This document shows, piece after piece, positions 1 through 10,700 of a DNA stretch of 40,538 nucleotides; the first letter of the stretch is position 1; every line of letters begins with the position of its first letter. The stretch spans positions 1-40,538 of the forward strand of contig JAUCBJ010005324.1 of the NCBI GenBank assembly GCA_032718475.1. The letters are read 5' to 3'. The position numbers were made by a program, and so were the translations under genes. The notes below the pieces were generated by a model. That model was not told the origin of the DNA and did no database searches. It saw nothing but the letters and a program-made list of their open reading frames with translations. The DNA comes from Nemertoderma westbladi. Taxonomy: Eukaryota > Animalia > Xenacoelomorpha.

Positions 1-654
1 CTGCATTGTTTGGTCACCTTATAAGGCGTTGCCTGGATGTCTCACTATTGCATACACCTATTCGGATGCAACAAATAAATGGTTGACCTGCTTTAGATGA
101 TATTTCAATGAAAACTTATTTTGGTAAAAGAAATTTTCGTTAAAATTCATATTAAAGGAAAGCTGTAGCTGGGATTGCTAACTAATAAAATAAGAATCAC
201 AAATTATTCTATAACGTCAACGTCAGTTAAACACCCAGGTAATAATGATAATAAATTATAAAATTATGATGTTAATTCGTTTTATTAAATTAATAAAATA
301 AATAAAACTAAATTCAGCAATATTTTTATGAGTCTTATATTAATTAGGCCTATGATAAATATGTTTGATGTCGAAGTTACATATATTTATCAACTCAACA
401 ATTAATCCCCTCGGGCAATTTAAACTCTGCAGATTATATTTAATTATCCCTCTATCATAATAAAGTACATATGATGTGATTGTCAATATCCTTTCCAGTG
501 TTATCAGGGCCGCATTAAGACTAAATTGTGATGCCAATAAATGAGTAAATTTATATAGTGATAGCCAATAATTATATAATTAAAAAATAACTGCTGATTA
601 GTGAAAGCGTAGGAGCCAATGAAATCGCTGCCTTTTGAAAATTATTTTGATATT

Positions 655-1482
655 CGAAAATTCGGGATAGTACTTAAGTCATATCTGAACCCAATCTGGA
701 CCCAATCTCGAGAATTATACCAAATCTGAACCCAATCTAAATCGAAAATAGAAAGAGCGGTGAAAATTATTAATTTTTGCATTAACAATTTTAAAATTTG
801 AAGAAATTTTACATATCTTTTTTTCATATTTAAATTTGCGGGCAGCACTACTGCTGTTTGGGGACTGCAGTTACTGCTGTGCAGTCGTTAACGTAACGTT
901 ATAGCTAACCTCCTACCGGTAGGCGGTATCCCAAATGACAACTACAGAACTACTTACAGCTGTACAGTTCTCGTAGCATTTCGGTTTCGGTCTAACGTTG
1001 GGTATAGGCCTACGGTAGGTTACTAGTGCCTGGTACAGGTCCCTACGCACATCTGACCAGCTGTCTCTACATACATACATACGGTACCAGGCACTACAGT
1101 AGTAACCTACCGTAGGCCTACCCAAAGTTAGACCGAAACCGAACTGCTACTGTGCGAGAACCGTACAGCCGTAGTTCTGTAGTTGTCAGTTGGGAAACCG
1201 CCAACCGGTAGAGGTTAGTTATAACGTTAACGACTACACAGCAGTACAATAAAGTAGTAACTGCAGTCCCCAATACAGCAGTAGTGCTGCGGCTTCCCGC
1301 AAATTTAAATTTGAAAAAAGATAATGTAAAATTTCTTCAAATTTTAAAATTGTAAATGCAAAAATTAATAATTTTTACCCCTCTTTCTATTTTCGATTCA
1401 GATTGGGTTCAGAGTTGGTATAATTCTCGATATTGGGTCCAGATTGGGTTCAGATATGACTTAAGCACTACCCGAAAATTCG
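655..1482. mobile_element. Fold-back / MITE-like element with ~380-bp imperfect inverted arms
   Basis: The left arm (655-~1036, CGAAAATTCGGGATAGTACTTAAGTCATATCTGAACCCAATCT...) is the reverse complement of the right arm (~1084-1482, ...AGATTGGGTTCAGATATGACTTAAGCACTACCCGAAAATTCG), with scattered mismatches and indels. The spacer is ~47 bp. Subterminal ATCTG(A/G)ACCCA repeats are present. No clear TSD. Confidence 0.8.
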
Positions 1483-1578
1483 TAATGATGAAATTATCTA
1501 ATCACAACGATCAAAGATATACGATAGTTGTAATATACAGTGTGTTACCTATCTCTCTAGAGATAAAATATATATATA

Positions 1579-2082
1579 CACCATGACCCGTAATATAGTG
1601 TCATTTTCTGATGACACGGACCCCCCCCCCCAAATTTTTCTACACATCTTTATCATATTGCTTGAAATTTGAAACACAACTAGTTCAACTCACCGTGGTT
1701 GTTACCATGAAGCCGGAATTTTCGACTTCGCCTTTACATTTTTTTTTATAAGCGATTTAAAAAAGTGTCTTTTGCGAAATTGAACATCTCCTATCATCGC
1801 CATTCTTCACATTAAGCGTTCCAAGTATTCCAACGCAATATCTTTATAATATCTATAAAGCGAGGTTAATGTGAAGAATGGCGATGATGGAGATGTGCAA
1901 TTTCGCAAAAGACACTTTTTTAAAACGCTTATAAAAAAAATTTAAAGGCGAAATCTAAAATTCCGGCTTCATGGTAACAACCACGGTGAGTTGAACTAGT
2001 AGCAATATGATAAAGATGTGTAGAAAAATTTGGGTCGTCAATTGTGTCATCAGAAAATGACACTATATTACGGGTCATGGTG
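1579..2082. mobile_element. Fold-back MITE with TA target-site duplication (Tc1/mariner-type non-autonomous element)
   Basis: TA|CACCATGACCCGTAATATAGTGTCATTTTCTGATGACAC ... GTGTCATCAGAAAATGACACTATATTACGGGTCATGGTG|TA. The termini are perfect inverted repeats, and the arms extend ~220-235 bp inward to a ~50-bp spacer (1816-1865). TA lies at 1577-1578 and 2083-2084. Confidence 0.85.
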
Positions 2083-3940
2083 TATTATGTTTTTTAGTTT
2101 GACTACATCAATCATGTCTACAATCGAAAACGATACAAAATTACGTTATGCGATAACTTTTATTTAAACACCGGTAGAATAATGAAATGGACTTTGAGCA
2201 CTTAATATAGGTCGAGCATTCTTAGAGTAACATAAAGATATTCAATGTGTATTTTAATTATTATAAAGGTGAATTGGATTGTATTGTATTGTATGGTACT
2301 AAATGCCGAAACCTGAGTGGTAGTACAGGCCATCGTTGGTGTAAGACGTTAATTATAAATTAATAATTATACCTGTGTTGATTTATATATGAAATACGAA
2401 AATACTATTTTTTATATTTTTAACGCGGGGGATTTCACAAGAATGGCACTCGCCCCACCCGAGACACTTTAGGTGACAAATAATCTCGTATATAATTTTT
2501 TAAGCGTAGAATTCGTTCCCACTAGACCTCATAAGACGAAAGGAGAAACAACAAATCAATATTGCATTAGATGTTCAATTTCTAACATTCGGCATATTGT
2601 AGTAATATCTAGAAGTAATAATAATTGTAGTAATATCTTTGAAATATGGCTCCTTTCTTTTATTTTCAAGTTATTTAGTGTTTTTAAATAAAAATGGACA
2701 TATTATAGAGATAAATTCGGCTACTCTGAATGGGGGAATCTATCAGGATGATGCATGCATCACCATTATTGGTGACTTCCACAGTAAATTTTTTTTAAAA
2801 CCATTTTGCAATTAGTATATTCAATGAGCTCAAACCATACCCATAGTAAGGAATTCGTTATTTAAAATAAAAAAGAAGGTGAATAAATTATTTACTTTGT
2901 TGTAAAATGGAAAAAATGTAAGAATCAAACATATATTCTACCGCTCTAATATCAAGACGCACAATAAAATAGAAAAGTATGCTGCGCAGCAGCTTTAACT
3001 TTAACATTAACTTCCTTTTCTAGTTAATTAATTATTATTGCATGGTTACAGCGTCTTTAATAAGTTAATTAAGTGGTTAGAATTAAAACATCCAATAATT
3101 GTATAGTCCACTTATAACCAACCATATAGTGAGTCCTGGAATACTTTATTCAGATCAAACAATAAGATTGTAATTGAGAAGGGCCGTTCTTGGCACAGAA
3201 CAATCCCTTCTGTGTTCTTGTCACATATCCTCCATTATACGAATTGGGGCCTACATGCAACTCGTGAGATACATTTAATGTTAAGTATCAAATCGAAGGG
3301 ATTATAAATATAATGAGCAGATTTACTTTCACTCTGAGACATTATGTCTTAAGTGGTAAAATGGAGAACTGCATATCGAACAGCCAGAAAGTGGGCTCAC
3401 TAATGCACATCAAGGTTAGGTAGACCTGACGATGGAACTTCAACTCTTATTAGATGAATTGTAATCTGTCGAATCGAATCGAAAATAGATGATGACTCTC
3501 GTCCTTAACAGCTAGACGTCAGCTAAATAACCGGTCAGAACGTGGCTATGGTGGGCAGACCATCAAACTACCTCAGTCTTCAAACGGTGCGATAATAAAC
3601 TCAATCGTGTGAAAGCTATAACGATGTAGTTCTGGAACGTCGCTCAGCCTGTATATGGGATGAACTGTCAGTTCTGGATTAAATTTGTGTTGTCCTTGTT
3701 GTTTTGATCATTAACCTCACCTTAACCTTTTTACTTAACCGCGCTTTTGTTGACCAAATATTTAATTAACCCTTGTATGAAAGGTGTTTCATGGCATAAA
3801 GTTTAATTTACTTTTTTTTATAGATAGAAGCTTTGGAGATTGGGATGCCCCAAGGTAAGATAGAGGTTCCATGCCATCTTCCAATGAGACGAGTTATTTG
3901 AAGTCGCCTGCAGGAGACCCAGAGGAGTTGTTGAGACATT

Positions 3941-4190
3941 GGGAAAATTGATTCAAATCCCATCTCGGCGAATTAATATCTTATATTAATGTGAAAGAAT
4001 GATATTAACTGTTACCTGCTATTAATAGGAAATAGCAGGTATATAACAGTGGCACGTTATACTAACCAAAACAATAAAGTAACGTTAATAATACCAGGTT
4101 ACAGTTTTATTTTTGGGAGTAATCAGCTGTTATTTGGGTCGATTTTCCGCCGGCAAGGGATGAATGTTGATGAAAGTCTCTTCCTCTATC
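3941..4190 (+). mobile_element. Degenerate copy of a ~230-bp short TIR element (same family as 29919-30151)
   Basis: Shares collinear blocks with 29919-30151: GGCGAATTAATATC, ACAGTGGCACGTTA, AACCAAAACAATAAA, CAGGTTACAGTTTTATTTTTG, CTGTTATTTG.GTCGA and AGGGATGAAT. The ends are eroded, so boundaries are approximate. Confidence 0.6.
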
Positions 4191-4730
4191 TGGAGTTGTT
4201 TTATTACTTTTATATATAAACATTGTGTTGTTAGCGTTTCTGTTATACATAATGTTAGCCATCTTTCTGCCTTATTGGTATTGATGATGAGACCAACGCG
4301 ACCTCCGTTACTTTTCTTTTCACTGAGAGAAGGATGAAGAGAGTATCAGAGTATGTTTGTGTAAACGCCGAATATTTAAGGGGATGGTTGAGTTTCATAC
4401 GATATGTTTCATTAATATTACTGTCGATTGTTTTCAATTTGTATTAATTTCCACCCCCCCAAATAAACATATTTATCGGTGCGTTTGACAGTTGTAACAT
4501 CGCGAACATTCATGACCTTTGTATCCTCTTTGTCGGTGTTAATGATCTGGTTTTACCTTGATTAATTAACATTCCAGTCCTAGACGAGTCACAATAATGG
4601 TGGAACATTATGTTAAACTTATCTTAGCCAATAGACAAGACGTTGACATTCCAATACACAATATATCCATCCCTTCCGCATGTATAATATTGTCCAGATA
4701 CCACGTTCTATATTCAGATCTTGAATCAAA

Positions 4731-7700
4731 GGAAACCGAGTGGAAGGATTTACTGTGGAAGATCACCCATGGTGGTGAACAGGCATTCCTTTAGGAAACA
4801 GAGTGGAAGGGTTTACTGTGGAAGATCACCCATGGTGGTGAACAGGCATTCCTTTAGGAAACAGAGTGGAAGGGTTTACTGTGGAAGATCACCCATGGTG
4901 GTGAACAGGCATTCCTTTAGGAAACAGAGTGGAAGGGTTTACTGTGGAAGATCACCCATGGTGGTGAACAGGCATTCCTTTAGGAAACAGAGTGGAAGGG
5001 TTTACTGTGGAAGATCACCCATGGTGGTGAACAGGCATTCCTTTAGGAAACAGAGTGGAAGGGTTTACTGTGGAAGATCACCCATGGTGGTGAACAGACA
5101 TTCCTTTAGGAAACAGAGTGGAAGGGTTTACTGTGGAAGATCACCCATGGTGGTGAACAGGCATTCCTTTAGGAAACAGAGTGGAAGGGTTTACTGTGGA
5201 AGATCACCCATGGTGGTGAACAGGCATTCCTTTAGGAAACAGAGTGGAAGGGTTTACTGTGGAAGATCACCCATGGTGGTGAACAGGCATTCCTTTAGGA
5301 AACATAGTGGAAGGGTTTACTGTGGAAGATCACCCATGGTGGTGAACAGACATTCCTTTAGGAAACAGAGTGGAAGGGTTTACTGTGGAAGATCACCCAT
5401 GGTGGTGAACAGGCATTCCTTTAGGAAACAGAGTGGAAGGGTTTACTGTGGAAGATCACCCATGGTGGTGAACAGGCATTCCTTTAGGAAACAGAGTGGA
5501 AGGGTTTACTGTGGAAGATCACCCATGGTGGTGAACAGGCATTCCTTTAGGAAACAGAGTGGAAGGGTTTACTGTGGAAGATCACCCATGGTGGTGAACA
5601 GACATTCCTTTAGGAAACCGAGTGGAAGGGTTTACTGTGGAAGATCACCCATGGTGGTGAACAGGCATTCCTTTAGGAAACAGAGTGGAAGGGTTTACTG
5701 TGGAAGATCACCCATGGTGGTGAACAGGCATTCCTTTAGGAAACAGAGTGGAAGGGTTTACTGTGGAAGATCACCCATGGTGGTGAACAGGCATTCCTTT
5801 AGGAAACAGAGTGGAAGGGTTTACTGTGGAAGATCACCCATGGTGGTGAACAGGCATTCCTTTAGGAAACAGAGTGGAAGGGTTTACTGTGGAAGATCAC
5901 CCATGGTGGTGAACAGGCATTCCTTTAGGAAACAGAGTGGAAGGGTTTACTGTGGAAGATCACCCATGGTGGTGAACAGGCATTCCTTTAGGAAACAGAG
6001 TGGAAGGGTTTACTGTGGAAGATCACCCATGGTGGTGAACAGACATTCCTTTAAGGAAACCGAGTGGAAGGGTTTACTGTGGAAGATCACCCATGGTGGT
6101 GAACAGGCATTCCTTTAGGAAACAGTAGTGGAAGGGTTTACTGTGGAAGATCACCCATGGTGGTGAACAGGCATTCCTTTAGGAAACCGAGTGGAAGGGT
6201 TTACTGTGGAAGATCACCCATGGTGGTGAACAGGGATTCCTTTAGGAAACATAGTGGAAGGGTTTACTGTGGAAGATCACCCATGGTGGTGAACAGACAT
6301 TCCTTTAGGAAACCGAGTGGAAGGGTTTACTGTGGAAGATCACCCATGTGTGGTGAACAGGCATTCCTTTAGGAAACATAGTGGAAGGGTTTACTGTGGA
6401 AGATCACCCATGGTGGTGAACAGACATTCCTTTAGGAAACCGAGTGGAAGGGTTTACTGTGGAAGATCACCCATGGTGGTGAACAGGCATTCCTTTAGGA
6501 AACCGAGTGGAAGGGTTTACTGTGGAAGATCACCCATGGTGGTGAACAGGCATTCCTTTAGGAAACAGAGTGGAAGGGTTTACTGTGGAAGATCACCCAT
6601 GGTGGTGAACAGACATTCCTTTAGGAAACAGAGTGGAAGGGTTTACTGTGGAAGATCACCCATGGTGGTGAACAGGCATTCCTTTAGGAAACAGAGTGGA
6701 AGGGTTTACTGTGGAAGATCACCCATGGTGGTGAACAGACATTCCTTTAGGAAACCGAGTGGAAGGGTTTACTGTGGAAGATCACCCATGGTGGTGAACA
6801 GGCATTCCTTTAGGAAACAGAGTGGAAGGGTTTACTGTGGAAGATCACCCATGGTGGTGAACAGACATTCCTTAAGGAAACCGAGTGGAAGGGTTTACTG
6901 TGGAAGATCACCCATGTTGGTGAACAGGGATTCCTTTAGGAAACATAGTGGAAGGGTTTACTGTGGAAGATCACCCATGGTGGTGAACAGGCATTCCTTT
7001 AGTAAACAGAGTGGAAGGGTTTACTGTGGAAGATCACCCATGGTGGTGAACAGGCATTCCTTTAGGAAACAGAGTGGAAGGGTTTACTGTGGAAGATCAC
7101 CCATGGTGGTGAACAGACATTCCTTTAGGAAACAGAGTGGAAGGGTTTACTGTGGAAGATCACCCATGGTGGTGAACAGACATTCCTTAAGGAAACCGAG
7201 TGGAAGGGTTTACTGTGGAAGATCACCCATGGTGGTGAACAGGGATTCCTTTAGGAAACATAGTGGAAGGGTTTACTGTGGAAGATCACCCATGGTGGTG
7301 AACAGACATTCCTTTAGGAAACCGAGTGGAAGGGTTTACTGTGGAAGATCACCCATGGTGGTGAACAGGCATTCCTTTAGGAAACATAGTGGAAGGGTTT
7401 ACTGTGGAAGATCACCCATGGTGGTGAACAGACATTCCTTAAGGAAACCGAGTGGAAGGGTTTACTGTGGAAGATCACCCATGTTGGTGAACAGGCATTC
7501 CTTTAGGAAACAGAGTGGAAGGGTTTACTGTGGAAGATCACCCATGGTGGTGAACAGACATTCCTTTAGGAAACAGAGTGGAAGGGTTTACTGTGGAAGA
7601 TCACCCATGGTGGTGAACAGACATTCCTTAAGGAAACGGAGTGGAAGGGTTTACTGTGGAAGATCACCCATGGTGGTGAACAGACATTCCTTTAGGAAAC

Positions 7701-10700
7701 AGAGTGGAAGGGTTTACTGTGGAAGATCACCCATGGTGGTGAACAGACATTCCTTTAGGAAACAGAGTGGAAGGGTTTACTGTGGAAGATCACCCATGGT
7801 GGTGAACAGACATTCCTTAAGGAAACGGAGTGGAAGGGTTTACTGTGGAAGATCACCCATGGTGGTGAACAGACATTCCTTAAGGAAACAGAGTGGAAGG
7901 GTTTACTGTGGAAGATCACCCATGGTGGTGAACGAACAGGCATTCATTTAAAACCAGAGTGGAAGGGTTTACTGCGGAAGATCACCCATGGTGGTGAACA
8001 GACATTCCTTAAGGAAACGGAGTGGAAGGGTTTACTGTGGAAGATCACCCATGGTGGTGAACAGACATTCCTTAAGGAAACGGAGTGGAAGGGTTTACTG
8101 TGGAAGATCACCCATGGTGGTGAACAGACATTCCTTAAGGAAACGGAGTGGAAGGGTTTACTGTGGAAGATCACCCATGGTGGTGAACAGACATTCCTTA
8201 AGGAAACGGAGTGGAAGGGTTTACTGTGGAAGATCACCCATGGTGGTGAACAGGTATTCCTTTAGGAAACAGAGTGGAAGGGTTTACTGTGGAAGATCAC
8301 CCATGGTGGTGAACAGGCATTCCTTTAGGAAACAGAGTGGAAGGGTTTACTGTGGAAGATCACCCATGGTGGTGAACAGGCATTCCTTTAGGAAACAGAG
8401 TGGAAGGGTTTACTGTGGAAGATCACCCATGGTGGTGAACGAACAGGCATTCATTTAAAACCAGAGTGGAAGGGTTTACTGCGGAAGATCACCCATGGTG
8501 GTGAACAGACATTCCTTTAGGAAACAGAGTGGAAGGGTTTACTGTGGAAGATCACCCATGGTGGTGAACAGACATTCCTTAAGGAAACGGAGTGGAAGGG
8601 TTTACTGTGGAAGATCACCCATGGTGGTGAACAGACATTCCTTAAGGAAACGGAGTGGAAGGGTTTACTGTGGAAGATCACCCATGGTGGTGAACAGACA
8701 TTCCTTTAGGAAACAGAGTGGAAGGGTTTACTGTGGAAGATCACCCATGGTGGTGAACAGACATTCCTTTAGGAAACAGAGTGGAAGGGTTTACTGTGGA
8801 AGATCACCCATGGTGGTGAACAGACATTCCTTAAGGAAACGGAGTGGAAGGGTTTACTGTGGAAGATCACCCATGGTGGTGAACAGACATTCCTTAAGGA
8901 AACAGAGTGGAAGGGTTTACTGTGGAAGATCACCCATGGTGGTGAACGAACAGGCATTCATTTAAAACCAGAGTGGAAGGGTTTACTGCGGAAGATCACC
9001 CATGGTGGTGAACAGACATTCCTTAAGGAAACGGAGTGGAAGGGTTTACTGTGGAAGATCACCCATGGTGGTGAACAGACATTCCTTAAGGAAACGGAGT
9101 GGAAGGGTTTACTGTGGAAGATCACCCATGGTGGTGAACAGACATTCCTTTAGGAAACAGAGTGGAAGGGTTTACTGTGGAAGATCACCCATGGTGGTGA
9201 ACAGACATTCCTTTAGGAAACAGAGTGGAAGGGTTTACTGTGGAAGATCACCCATGGTGGTGAACAGACATTCCTTAAGGAAACGGAGTGGAAGGGTTTA
9301 CTGTGGAAGATCACCCATGGTGGTGAACAGACATTCCTTAAGGAAACAGAGTGGAAGGGTTTACTGTGGAAGATCACCCATGGTGGTGAACAGACATTCC
9401 TTAAGGAAACGGAGTGGAAGGGTTTACTGTGGAAGATCACCCATGGTGGTGAACAGACATTCCTTAAGGAAACGGAGTGGAAGGGTTTACTGTGGAAGAT
9501 CACCCATGGTGGTGAACAGACATTCCTTTAGGAAACAGAGTGGAAGGGTTTACTGTGGAAGATCACCCATGGTGGTGAACAGACATTCCTTAAGGAAACG
9601 GAGTGGAAGGGTTTACTGTGGAAGATCACCCATGGTGGTGAACAGACATTCCTTTAGGAAACAGAGTGGAAGGGTTTACTGTGGAAGATCACCCATGGTG
9701 GTGAACAGACATTCCTTTAGGAAACAGAGTGGAAGGGTTTACTGTGGAAGATCACCCATGGTGGTGAACAGACATTCCTTAAGGAAACGGAGTGGAAGGG
9801 TTTACTGTGGAAGATCACCCATGGTGGTGAACAGACATTCCTTAAGGAAACAGAGTGGAAGGGTTTACTGTGGAAGATCACCCATGGTGGTGAACGAACA
9901 GGCATTCATTTAAAACCAGAGTGGAAGGGTTTACTGCGGAAGATCACCCATGGTGGTGAACAGACATTCCTTAAGGAAACGGAGTGGAAGGGTTTACTGT
10001 GGAAGATCACCCATGGTGGTGAACAGACATTCCTTAAGGAAACGGAGTGGAAGGGTTTACTGTGGAAGATCACCCATGGTGGTGAACAGACATTCCTTTA
10101 GGAAACAGAGTGGAAGGGTTTACTGTGGAAGATCACCCATGGTGGTGAACAGACATTCCTTTAGGAAACAGAGTGGAAGGGTTTACTGTGGAAGATCACC
10201 CATGGTGGTGAACAGACATTCCTTAAGGAAACGGAGTGGAAGGGTTTACTGTGGAAGATCACCCATGGTGGTGAACAGACATTCCTTAAGGAAACAGAGT
10301 GGAAGGGTTTACTGTGGAAGATCACCCATGGTGGTGAACGAACAGGCATTCATTTAAAACCAGAGTGGAAGGGTTTACTGCGGAAGATCACCCATGGTGG
10401 TGAACAGACATTCCTTTAGGAAACAGAGTGGAAGGGTTTACTGTGGAAGATCACCCATGGTGGTGAACAGACATTCCTTAAGGAAACGGAGTGGAAGGGT
10501 TTACTGTGGAAGATCACCCATGGTGGTGAACAGACATTCCTTAAGGAAACGGAGTGGAAGGGTTTACTGTGGAAGATCACCCATGGTGGTGAACAGACAT
10601 TCCTTTAGGAAACAGAGTGGAAGGGTTTACTGTGGAAGATCACCCATGGTGGTGAACAGACATTCCTTTAGGAAACAGAGTGGAAGGGTTTACTGTGGAA

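Noticed and set aside
642-1586. ORFs 642-848, 913-1125 and 1356-1586, two of which encode similar peptides
   Set aside because: The similarity is simply the two arms of the inverted repeat, and there are no protein motifs.
6050-6350. Isolated 1-2-bp insertions in satellite units (~6053, ~6126, ~6348) as programmed frameshifts
   Set aside because: They are singletons not propagated to neighbouring units, so they are more likely sequencing errors or private mutations.
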